From NCBI GenBank assembly GCA_964511085.1, contig CAZEDO010000004.1, positions 1,642 to 65,641 on the forward strand: a stretch of DNA of 64,000 bases, in the 5' to 3' direction. Below are positions 37,794-46,471 of this stretch, in pieces (within the stretch, counting starts at the first letter, position 1; the number at the start of each line of letters is the position of its first letter). The position numbers were made by a program, and so were the translations under genes. Origin of the DNA: an uncultured Lentimicrobiaceae bacterium (GTDB taxonomy: Bacteria; Bacteroidota; Bacteroidia; Bacteroidales; DASVHX01). A model generated the notes under the pieces. The model saw only the letters and a program-made list of their open reading frames with translations, was not told the DNA's origin and searched no databases.

Positions 37794-40700
37794 TTAAGTT
37801 TTATACCCGCATTTACCACAGAACTTAGCACCCGGTTTAAAAGGAACGCCACACTGGGGGCAAAATTTCGGGGATGGTGGAATTTCAGGAGCGTTCTGAC
37901 CATCGCGGCTAACCGGAGTAAACTGAGGTTGGGAAACAGGTGAAGGTTGAACAAAGGGGTCCTGAGTTTGAAGGACATGCGGTGTAGGTGTCTTTGCACT
38001 TTTCCGCCTGCGCCGGACTATAATAATTACAACAATAACGATCAAGATACCTCCAAGCCCCGAACCGATGTAAACAAGCATATTATTATCCATTATATTC
38101 AGAACCATTTTTTCTGCCGGTATGATGTTGACCTGCGGATTCACCGGCAATTCATTCATTGCTTTTGTGGCAAGTCCAGTGGCTTCTTTTAGCGATTTTC
38201 CGTTATCAGCTGCTTGGGATGCAGTTTTATTAAACTCTGCAGCAAGTTTTGGATTCCGGGGATCTGCAGCCACAGCAATACTCAATACAGCAAGCTGCTC
38301 AGAATATTCCCTGCATTTCGAAACATTTTCGAAAAGAGCGGCAGCTTCTTCGGGTTTGGTAAACGCCAGTCGGTTGATAGCCGACATATTTTCCTCCATC
38401 CAGTTTTCGAGCTGGGCTGAATTGGCAAACACTGCATTCAATCCATTAACTGGCAACCCTTTTCCCGAATATTTCAGCTGATCATCATTGGGAACTGAAA
38501 GGTTTACCGGGGCAATCCTGCCCGGCGCAGCTGCATAAGCGGATGCGAAAAGCGAAGATTCATGCACATCCACTGAAGTGGTATTCATATTTCCCTGGGC
38601 AATGCACTTGTTAGAATATACGAACGACGATAATACTTCAGCCCACAAATTATTGAGGCGGTACAATTCCAATGCAAAACCTCCTGCTGTGAAAGCAGTT
38701 CCAATGGCACTTTTACCTTCATCCAGTTTTTTAAAATGATTGGGTATAGAAGTCCAGTTACCGCTATATGCATCCACAATTAGCACAATAGATTTTACGA
38801 CCAGGTCGATGCCCAGATCGATATAGGCTTTCAGCATTTCGGCACCGTAACGCCAGGCAGCCACACTGCTGTAGTATGCCCGTAATTCAGTTGAGCGGTC
38901 GCGTAGCGCAGGTCGCAAGTTCGTGTAAACCAGATGGACATTTTCGGGCGATTGGTTAAAAAAATTGATAATTTCATTTTTCATCGAACTGTAATACGCC
39001 GCCTGTATAGCTTCTTTAATTTTATCCGGAATATAATCGGTAACGGCTTTCTTGGTTTCCTCCACATATTTTGACCCTTTTTCGTAAGTGCCCTTAACAC
39101 TTGTTGGGACCACATAGGTTGCAAGGGTTTCGGAAATGGCTTCGGATAATTGTTCCCATACCTTTCCTGCTACTTCACCACCCAAATCGCCAAGCAGTTT
39201 GTAATAAGTAGCTGATGCTTTGGCTTTGTCCGCATTTTTGGCTCCTTCGGGCAGAACCGTTTCAGCAAAGAAATACTGGATAATTTTTTTGGTTCCATAC
39301 TTATAGTCATCCTTGCCCAAAGCGGATTTCCAGAACGAATTCTCGTAATGCAGACCCAACTTTCCGAGCGAATCGCAAATTTTGTCAATATTATCAAGCC
39401 CGGTTTTTTCCTTTACCTTTTTTCCATACTCACCAAGTTTTTCCGATACTTTGTCAAGCTTCATCTTCTTATACAGTTTGTCCGTTATTTTCCATTTGTT
39501 ATTTGCAAATTCGGCTGTCGTTTTCATCAGTTCCCAACCCTGGCTGATCAGTTCATCCTCAGTGTCTTTCATAAGTTTGTCGCCGGTATTGGCATTTACC
39601 ATGAGCATGCCGATCAGGTGCAGTTTTTCCTCGGTCATTACTGCTTTTTCATGGTTTTGAATACACAGGTCCTTATCAATATGAAATAATCTGTTTATAA
39701 TCTGAAATGTGAATTCCTCATCATTAAACTGGCTGAGTGTCTTGCCCAGTTCTCCCTTTCTTCTACCTGTAAGGTCAGATAGCTTTGCTTCCAATGGTTC
39801 CACTTTTATCTTACGACCACCGGGTCTGCCGACATCAAGTTTAAATTTGCCGGCAGCATCAGTAAAAGCCATGAAAGCGCCTCCTTTGATATTCATATTA
39901 GTAATAAAATTTTTCCTCTCTTTTTTGTAATAAAAATCATACTTCTTGTTAAAATTATCTTCATCAAAATCTTTTCTTTCAACCATTATAACTGCATCAT
40001 TTACATCTATTTTCTCAGGAATTGAAGGAGAACTTATCATTTGCACCAAGGCAAAAATAGTGCTCTCGAAAGTGTAATCTTCAAGCTGAGGAAGCAGGAC
40101 TTTTATCGGTTTAGTCTCGAAACCGGGTTTCAGAATCCGGATATTTTTTTCAATGGTTTTATAAACTGCAAAATCGGTATAAACCGATTCATTTTGCCGT
40201 TTTGGCGTACTGAAGTTCACCGAAATCCGAAAAAGGCTGCTATTATCAATAATCTGTCCCCATTTATCCCCGCGTTCCTCTCTGGTGGCTTTAAGCACAG
40301 GCATCTGGATAACAGCTATTGCATTTCCCAAAGCATTGGTGGTATTTTGAGCCGAGATTACTTTGAATTCTGTGGGAATTTGCCATCTGATCTTTATCCC
40401 TGACACCGGAACTTTATTTGCATCTGCATAATGAAAAATGGCTTTTGTCTGGGAGCGCCCGTCACCGATAAGTTCATTCTGTTCAATTGTTACATATACT
40501 TCCTCCTTGATTTGTGATTCCGGAGTAGTTGAGGATGTAGTTCCTCCGGAGGAGATTTCTTTTGGTCTTCCCTGGTATTCGAATAAAATGGGAGGTATAT
40601 AGGTAAAAATGCCATTGTTGGGCATGGGCAGGTAGATGGATGGAAGCCCGTCTTTACGAACATCGTAGCCTTCCATATATTTCATATCGCGTTCCGAAGC

Positions 40701-41462
40701 TCCCATGTATAAATTCATCCATTCGCCACCGCCCATCATTTTTTGCATAGCTGAATTGATTTCCGCTGATTTTTCGTTTGTAAACAGCACCGTCATAGGA
40801 TCGTTACCGCTTTGAGTCATTTGTCCTTTGCCGCCACTTTCGAGGATAAGTTCGAAAGGCGCCTGTCCTGTAATATCGTAACCTGAATAATACCCCGGCA
40901 CAATGGAGCTGTTTCCGCCTTCAGTAGCTTTAACGATCTGTATTTTCGTTTTTCCCTTTACACCGTTCATTTCGCAAACGAAGTAGGCAAAGTTGTCATT
41001 GTCTTTTTTGGGAATAAGGGTAAGCGGATTGATGCCTTCCTTAAAAGTTTCGAGGGCTATTTTTCCGGCCAGTTTCTGGTTCGACTCCATGTCAGTAGAT
41101 CCATTAGAGCGGGAAAGGAATTTCCGAATGAATTTCACTATAAAATACACCATTCGCTGGGCAGCTTTTATGGGTTGCCCGAAAATAGGAGCTGTATATT
41201 TTGTATAGGCTATCCCGTTTACCATTTTCAGTTCCGATTCGTCGAGAAATCCTGCGCTCGTGCGCAACACCACTGTTCCATTCATGGTGGGAATAATCTC
41301 GCCCTCGGCATCACGTGCTGTTACAACAATTGTCGTATAATCGTCGCCATCGCCAATAAGTTCGGCTTTGCTCCCCTGTACATGCAGCCTGAATGCAGGC
41401 TGCTGTGCTGATGCCACTACCGTCATCAGCAATACCAAACAAGTATATATGAATGTCTTCAT
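37794..41462 (-). CDS. 1222-aa signal-peptide protein with Ig-like repeats, a large unassigned region, TM helix and C-terminal zinc ribbon
   Basis: Signal peptide MKTFIYTCLVLLMTVVASAQ. Two Big_1-like segments (ELIGDGDDYTTIVVTARDAEG, ELIGDGRSQTKAIFHYADAN). CarboxypepD_reg-like FTDAAGKFKL. TM GILIVIVVIIIV followed by RRRRK, a P/Q linker, and FCPQCGVPFKPGAKFCGKCG. Confidence 0.7.
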   Translation of the reverse strand: MKTFIYTCLVLLMTVVASAQQPAFRLHVQGSKAELIGDGDDYTTIVVTARDAEGEIIPTMNGTVVLRTSAGFLDESELKMVNGIAYTKYTAPIFGQPIKAAQRMVYFIVKFIRKFLSRSNGSTDMESNQKLAGKIALETFKEGINPLTLIPKKDNDNFAYFVCEMNGVKGKTKIQIVKATEGGNSSIVPGYYSGYDITGQAPFELILESGGKGQMTQSGNDPMTVLFTNEKSAEINSAMQKMMGGGEWMNLYMGASERDMKYMEGYDVRKDGLPSIYLPMPNNGIFTYIPPILFEYQGRPKEISSGGTTSSTTPESQIKEEVYVTIEQNELIGDGRSQTKAIFHYADANKVPVSGIKIRWQIPTEFKVISAQNTTNALGNAIAVIQMPVLKATREERGDKWGQIIDNSSLFRISVNFSTPKRQNESVYTDFAVYKTIEKNIRILKPGFETKPIKVLLPQLEDYTFESTIFALVQMISSPSIPEKIDVNDAVIMVERKDFDEDNFNKKYDFYYKKERKNFITNMNIKGGAFMAFTDAAGKFKLDVGRPGGRKIKVEPLEAKLSDLTGRRKGELGKTLSQFNDEEFTFQIINRLFHIDKDLCIQNHEKAVMTEEKLHLIGMLMVNANTGDKLMKDTEDELISQGWELMKTTAEFANNKWKITDKLYKKMKLDKVSEKLGEYGKKVKEKTGLDNIDKICDSLGKLGLHYENSFWKSALGKDDYKYGTKKIIQYFFAETVLPEGAKNADKAKASATYYKLLGDLGGEVAGKVWEQLSEAISETLATYVVPTSVKGTYEKGSKYVEETKKAVTDYIPDKIKEAIQAAYYSSMKNEIINFFNQSPENVHLVYTNLRPALRDRSTELRAYYSSVAAWRYGAEMLKAYIDLGIDLVVKSIVLIVDAYSGNWTSIPNHFKKLDEGKSAIGTAFTAGGFALELYRLNNLWAEVLSSFVYSNKCIAQGNMNTTSVDVHESSLFASAYAAAPGRIAPVNLSVPNDDQLKYSGKGLPVNGLNAVFANSAQLENWMEENMSAINRLAFTKPEEAAALFENVSKCREYSEQLAVLSIAVAADPRNPKLAAEFNKTASQAADNGKSLKEATGLATKAMNELPVNPQVNIIPAEKMVLNIMDNNMLVYIGSGLGGILIVIVVIIIVRRRRKSAKTPTPHVLQTQDPFVQPSPVSQPQFTPVSRDGQNAPEIPPSPKFCPQCGVPFKPGAKFCGKCGYKT

Positions 41463-41464
41463 GG

Positions 41465-41680
41465 CTATTTTTTTTCGAAATAATCTGGAATGTCGTTATA
41501 CTCCTTTTCAACAGCTGACTTTTTAGGCCAGCTTTGATACACGTAATATCCTATTGTTCCAAGCACCAGGCCAAGAAGCAATAACAGGATCATGCTGCAC
41601 CCAAAGCAGCATCCGCGTTTTTTCTTTTTCTTAGGGGGAATGGTATCCAGAACAGGATCAGTGGGTTGTTGCTGCATCAT
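41465..41680 (-). CDS. small Cys-rich single-pass membrane protein, first gene of the minus-strand block
   Basis: 71 aa: KKKKKRGCCFGC followed by a TM helix. Its stop is 2 nt before the start of the 1222-aa gene. Confidence 0.45.
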   Translation of the reverse strand: MMQQQPTDPVLDTIPPKKKKKRGCCFGCSMILLLLLGLVLGTIGYYVYQSWPKKSAVEKEYNDIPDYFEKK

Positions 41681-41998
41681 TGTGAAATTTAGAAACCCCT
41701 GTATTTACAGGCTCTTTGATTAGAATAGGCAGTAGATATTCAACAGCACTAAGGTACGGCGGTATCAGGCTAATATCACGTTATCAGGAAATAAAATACT
41801 GCTTACTAAAAAAAGGAAGTTATTGAATCAATCCACAATTAAAATAGAAATGGAAATCAGGTTTCGGGAACCGATTCTTTCAATATAATTCGGAGAAGCA
41901 ATGGACGCATTTCCAGCAAATATAGACTTTTGCCGATTGTGTTCTCTTTTTTAAACTCTCAGACAACAATGAAATAAAAAACAATAAGTACTTTACTG

Positions 41999-43690
41999 TT
42001 AATATTTTATCACTTTTTTAACCCACTTATTACTTCCTGTCTGGACAGAAAGGATATAAACCCCGGAAGTAAGATTTGCAAGGCCATCAATAACAATTTT
42101 GCCATTTCTATTGGAAAAATAAGATTTCTCAAAAACCTTTTTTCCATTAATAGATTCTAAAGCAACCATTGTAGTCTTGTTTAATACCGATGCTGACTGA
42201 AGTTCAATAGAAAAGCCTGATTTAAAAGGATTTGGCGATATCAGGATGTCGTTTCCAAAATTCTTATCATTATTTTCATTAACCGATAGTAGAATATTTG
42301 CTGCTGCATAGTCAGGAATACCATAGCCTAACAATGAATCAGGATTTGAAGACTGGCTGCCACTTTGTTGGAGTGCGTTAATTATCTCCATATTAGAATA
42401 GTTGCTATGTGCCTGCCACAAACAAGCAGACATTCCTGCAATTATGGGCGACGAGAAAGATGTTCCACTGCCAAATGAAACACCGTCACTCAAATCGGCA
42501 ACGGCAGCAGGAGAACCTTGCGATACAATATTTGGCTTTATCCTTCCATCATAAGTTGGACCTGTAGAACTGAAAAATGCGTAGAATCCCTGCGGATCAA
42601 CAGCTCCAATAGAAAAAACACTATCCCCATCTGCAGGAGCTCCAATGTAATGCCATGCATCTGAACCAGAATTGCCGGCACTATTTACAACAAGAATCCC
42701 CTTTTGGGCAGCCATATCAGCTCCAATTGTGACTGGTGTTGTATTGCCATCCATATCAGCATATGTATGATTCTCAGCAGGATTATCAAATTCAGTATAT
42801 CCAAGTGAAGAATTAATAACGTCGGCTCCAACGCTGTCAGCAAATTCAGCGGCGTTCACCCAATAATACTCCTCCATGAGCGACTCTGAAGTTGCATCTT
42901 CTGAGCGAAGCAGCCAGAACGAGGCTTTAGGGGCCGTTCCAATAATTTGCCCTGGCATGTTTCCTCCAATCGTAGAAAGCACCATCATGCCGTGTGAACT
43001 GATCCCTGTGTTAAAAACATTATTATTAGCTTCAACAAAATCATGGGTTCCCAATATCTGATTGTTAGCCCATAGGCTGTCGAAAGCATGTAAAACATCA
43101 GCGCTATTGAACCCTGCATCAATTACGGCTATCGTCATCCCCTCACCTCTGTAGCCCATATCGTGCAACTGAATCCCCGATAACATATTTATCTGGTTAT
43201 ATGCCGCGCCATAGTCATAAGAAGCCCCTCTCTTGACACTCCCTGGCGATAGTAACTGATTATAGGATTTGTAAGTTTCGTTGTTGAAAAACGACTTCCC
43301 TGAATTTTTTTCGGTTGATGTTGCTGCATTAACTTTAAATTCCTGAATATCAGAGACAAAAGGCAATGACGAAGCCTTGTTAAAAAAATCCGGATTGCCT
43401 GATTCAACAATGATCGTATTCAACCATTTGGATTGATAAACTACTTTCGCACCTGTGCCGCTTATTGCTGTAAGATAATCTGCTGACACAGGCATATCAG
43501 TGTAATTGATTGCAATGCCATGTTTTGCTCTTCGCTCAATTGCTTTTGCAGAAAGGAAGCTCTCAGGCTGAGAAAGGCTTTTCGCAGATGCCTTTTTATC
43601 TTTAAATTTCAGGATGTACTTATTAGGTGATGTTTGTGCTGATAGCTGCATGGAGATCACGAGCAACGAGATAGTAAGTATTCTGGACAT
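41999..43690 (-). CDS. S8 family serine peptidase (subtilase) with T9SS C-terminal sorting domain
   Basis: Signal peptide. Catalytic triad contexts AVIDAGF, SHGMMVLS and GTSFSSP. The ~80-aa C-terminus has a Por/T9SS type A pattern (SPNPFKSGFSIEL ... GVYILSVQT). Confidence 0.85.
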   Translation of the reverse strand: MSRILTISLLVISMQLSAQTSPNKYILKFKDKKASAKSLSQPESFLSAKAIERRAKHGIAINYTDMPVSADYLTAISGTGAKVVYQSKWLNTIIVESGNPDFFNKASSLPFVSDIQEFKVNAATSTEKNSGKSFFNNETYKSYNQLLSPGSVKRGASYDYGAAYNQINMLSGIQLHDMGYRGEGMTIAVIDAGFNSADVLHAFDSLWANNQILGTHDFVEANNNVFNTGISSHGMMVLSTIGGNMPGQIIGTAPKASFWLLRSEDATSESLMEEYYWVNAAEFADSVGADVINSSLGYTEFDNPAENHTYADMDGNTTPVTIGADMAAQKGILVVNSAGNSGSDAWHYIGAPADGDSVFSIGAVDPQGFYAFFSSTGPTYDGRIKPNIVSQGSPAAVADLSDGVSFGSGTSFSSPIIAGMSACLWQAHSNYSNMEIINALQQSGSQSSNPDSLLGYGIPDYAAANILLSVNENNDKNFGNDILISPNPFKSGFSIELQSASVLNKTTMVALESINGKKVFEKSYFSNRNGKIVIDGLANLTSGVYILSVQTGSNKWVKKVIKY

Positions 43691-43795
43691 GGCTGATTAT
43701 TTAGAATACAAAGGTACTGCAAAAAGTACTGCTCGTGTATATTGTGGACGCACTTAATATTGATTTAGCCTGTATTATTCATAAAAATTTCTCGC

Positions 43796-43849
43796 AACTT
43801 AGCGAAGCGTTCTCGTGAGCGCAGCGAACTTAGCGAAGCATTCTCACGA
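43796..43849. repeat. tandem 23-nt direct repeat AACTTAGCGAAGCRTTCTCRYGA (2 copies, 31-nt period)
   Basis: The copies are at 43796-43818 and 43827-43849 and differ at 3 positions. Confidence 0.7.
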
Positions 43850-44052
43850 ACAAAGTGAGTAATAAAGCCTCAAAGTCACTAACTACAAGTAATTGATTGA
43901 TTTTTTTTTGATAAATCAAAAAGTATTTACAGAATGTATTCTTTAAATTAAACTGTTCCAATTCAAAACTTTGCGTCTTTGCGAGATGAATTACTCAGGT
44001 TAGATGTTTCATATTTTATTTCAGTCTATTTTTGCCTGATAGAATCCAGAAT

Positions 44053-44736
44053 ATGCGTATAGATATCCTCACACTCTTTCCTGAAATGTTTGAAGGTCCT
44101 TTCAGTCATTCAATTATTAAACGTGCCGGAATGAAAGGCATCGTTGACATTCAACTTCACAATATCAGGGATTTTGCCGCCGGGAAACACAAAAATGTGG
44201 ATGATTACGCCTTTGGTGGTGAACCAGGCATGGTGATGATGATCCAGCCAATTCACGACTGCATAAAGGCCCTGCAACAGGAACGCACGTATGATGAAAT
44301 CATCTATTTAAGTCCTGACGGAGATTTGCTTGATCAGCCTTTGGCAAATAAGCTATCCTCCTGTGTGAATATTATTCTGCTTTGCGGGCATTACAAAGGA
44401 ATTGATCAACGCATACGGCAGCACCTTATTACGCGCGAAATATCCATTGGGAATTACGTTCTTTCCGGTGGAGAACTTGCAGCAGCCGTGCTTACTGATG
44501 CTTTAGTACGGCTCATCCCTGGCGTATTGAATGATGAAACATCAGCTTTATCCGACTCTTTTCAGGATGGATTAGTCTCGCCTCCGGTTTATACGCGGCC
44601 TTCAGACTATAAGGGATGGAAAGTGCCGGATATTCTATTATCCGGGAATGAAAAAGAAATCCGTAAATGGCAAATGGATCAGGCTATTCTTATAACAAGA
44701 GAAAAGCGGCCTGAATTGCTTCCTGATGACAAATGA
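44053..44736 (+). CDS. trmD: tRNA (guanine37-N1)-methyltransferase
   Basis: The ATG at 44053 gives [17 protein letters not shown], the canonical TrmD N-terminus. The listed ORF begins at an upstream TTG. Confidence 0.9.
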   Translation: MRIDILTLFPEMFEGPFSHSIIKRAGMKGIVDIQLHNIRDFAAGKHKNVDDYAFGGEPGMVMMIQPIHDCIKALQQERTYDEIIYLSPDGDLLDQPLANKLSSCVNIILLCGHYKGIDQRIRQHLITREISIGNYVLSGGELAAAVLTDALVRLIPGVLNDETSALSDSFQDGLVSPPVYTRPSDYKGWKVPDILLSGNEKEIRKWQMDQAILITREKRPELLPDDK

Positions 44737-44786
44737 ACATTGAGTCTTCTCCGAAAACCATATAATAAAGAAATGCCAGGATGACA

Positions 44787-45061
44787 CTAAGTGTCTGTTT
44801 AAAATTTATTAATTTCGATTGTTATGATGTTACACCCTTTCAGGGCTATATTCGTACTTGTTTCATTTTCCGTGGGCTGCACCCATGGTTATTAAAATTA
44901 AACCCTTTCAGGGTTTTTGAGATAGAATAGTCCGAAGGACTTTAATTTCAATAACCTCCGGTGCAACCGGAGGTGAAAAATAATAATCAATCAAGAGCCC
45001 CAAAGGGGTTCAACTGTCTTTTGAAAGAAATTTAAACAGTCTCTAAGTGTTTGTTTAAAAT
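44787..45061. repeat. hairpin-module mosaic element bounded by 19-nt direct repeats
   Basis: CTAAGTGTYTGTTTAAAAT occurs at 44787-44805 and 45043-45061. The interior holds short palindromes (CCCTTTCAGGG, CCGTGGG..CCCATGG, GTCCGAAGGAC, CCTCCGG..CCGGAGG, CCCCAAAGGGG). A related copy lies at 63221-63353. Confidence 0.6.
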
Positions 45062-45100
45062 TGATGATAATAATCTCCAATTGGCAAAACTTGTATTACT

Positions 45101-45245
45101 GTCACATTGAGCGGAGTCGAAATGCACTTGTTTAGCTCTATAACAAACATTATTAGACTATTTTAATGAGCTTCGACTTCCCCTTCGACTCTAATTCGGC
45201 TTCGCTCAGTACAGGCTTCCCAGGGTGACATTGCGAAGCCTGACA
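45101..45245. repeat. imperfect inverted-repeat (MITE-like) element
   Basis: The left arm is GTCACATTGAGCGGAGTCGAA. The right side carries the complementary blocks TTCGACTC (45184), CGCTCA (45203) and GTGAC (45225), interrupted by insertions. Confidence 0.3.
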
Positions 45246-45313
45246 GAATATTGAGCAATTAGCTCAAATAAACATTCTATTTTTATATTTAAACTGGCTC
45301 TAAGACAAACCAC

Positions 45314-46471
45314 TTACAATTCCTTTAGCGCATTCTCAATATCGGCCAGCAATACTTCTGTTTCCTCCAGCCCGATCGAGAACCTGATCATATTATCCGG
45401 TAGGAAACCAGGTTGCCGTACATCAGAAAAAATTAATGCCGGAATAACAAGTGATTCATGGCCACCCCAGGAAACAGCAAGAGAGAAGTATTTCAGTTTA
45501 TTACAAAAAGCTTCAATTGCTGTAGTATCCTTTGATACTGTTTCAACCGAAAATAATCCCGAACCTTTAAGCATCTGCTTTTCGGCAAGAACTCTTTGCG
45601 GATTACCTACGGCAAATGGATAATATACTTTGCTGATTTTCGGGTGCTTTTCCAGAAAATTTACGATGCTCAAGGTGCTGCTGCTTATATGATTCATCCT
45701 TATGTGCAGCGTTCGCAAACTTCGGAGGAACAGCCATGCTGAAAATGGCGACATTATTCCACCAAACGTCATAAATTCGTTGCGGAAAATTTTGTCAATC
45801 ATTTGTTTGGATCCGCAACAAACCCCGCCGACCAGGTCACTGTGACCACCAAGGTACTTTGAAGCCGAATGAACCACAAGGTCAATGCCCATTTTAACCG
45901 GCTGCTGAAAGAGTGGTGATGAAAAGCTATTATCCAGAATTGTGATGATTCCTCTCTCTTTAGCTATCATTGCAATTGCTTCGATATCCTGTAATTCAAA
46001 AGTCCATGAATTCGGGCTTTCGAGATAAATTACCCTGGTTTCAGGTTTGATAGCATTAAGAATGTTTTCAAGTTCTGTGCAATCCACCATGGACACTGAT
46101 ACTCTAAAACGGGGAAGAATATTGGAATTCAGCATGGTATTCGTCCATGAGTAAGGGTGTTGCTGACAAATGATATGATCACCACTTGAAACCTGCGACA
46201 GTATTGCTGCAGAAATTGCCGCCATGCCGCTTCCGAATACGAGGCAATCCTCTGCTCCTTCCAACGCAGCCAGTTTCCGGCATAGCAGATTTATGGTTTG
46301 GTTATTCCCACGTGAATAGATAAGCGACTCTCTTTCATCAGCAATAGCTTTGCGAAAGGAATCAACCGAAGCATACCGGTAATTGCTTGTCATATAAAGT
46401 GGTGGGGACACAGCGCTTACATCGCCTTCTATTTCCTCTCCCAGCAGATTGATAATATAGGACAAATCCAT
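45314..46471 (-). CDS. PLP-dependent Cys/Met metabolism enzyme (cystathionine lyase/synthase or methionine gamma-lyase family)
   Basis: 385 aa with the PLP-lysine context HSASKYLGGHSD and a family-typical N-terminal region. Confidence 0.8.
   Translation of the reverse strand: MDLSYIINLLGEEIEGDVSAVSPPLYMTSNYRYASVDSFRKAIADERESLIYSRGNNQTINLLCRKLAALEGAEDCLVFGSGMAAISAAILSQVSSGDHIICQQHPYSWTNTMLNSNILPRFRVSVSMVDCTELENILNAIKPETRVIYLESPNSWTFELQDIEAIAMIAKERGIITILDNSFSSPLFQQPVKMGIDLVVHSASKYLGGHSDLVGGVCCGSKQMIDKIFRNEFMTFGGIMSPFSAWLFLRSLRTLHIRMNHISSSTLSIVNFLEKHPKISKVYYPFAVGNPQRVLAEKQMLKGSGLFSVETVSKDTTAIEAFCNKLKYFSLAVSWGGHESLVIPALIFSDVRQPGFLPDNMIRFSIGLEETEVLLADIENALKEL

Noticed and set aside
38122-40403. 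Several plus-strand ORFs (38122-38481, 39348-39689, 40041-40403) opposite the 1222-aa gene
   Set aside because: These are shadow ORFs within a long, continuous minus-strand reading frame. Their translations are Ser/Phe/Leu-rich with no features.
26183-43690. Zinc-ribbon cluster as a prophage, ICE or T6SS effector island (the lipase-like protein resembles Tle-type effectors in motif content)
   Set aside because: The window contains no integrase, transposase, phage structural genes, T6SS genes or flanking tRNA. The lipase-like protein has its own N-terminal ribbon and TM anchor rather than a PAAR/VgrG-type delivery domain.
43796-43849. Possible CRISPR array
   Set aside because: There are only two 23-nt copies with an 8-nt spacer, and no cas genes are present. 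This is a short tandem repeat, not a CRISPR array.
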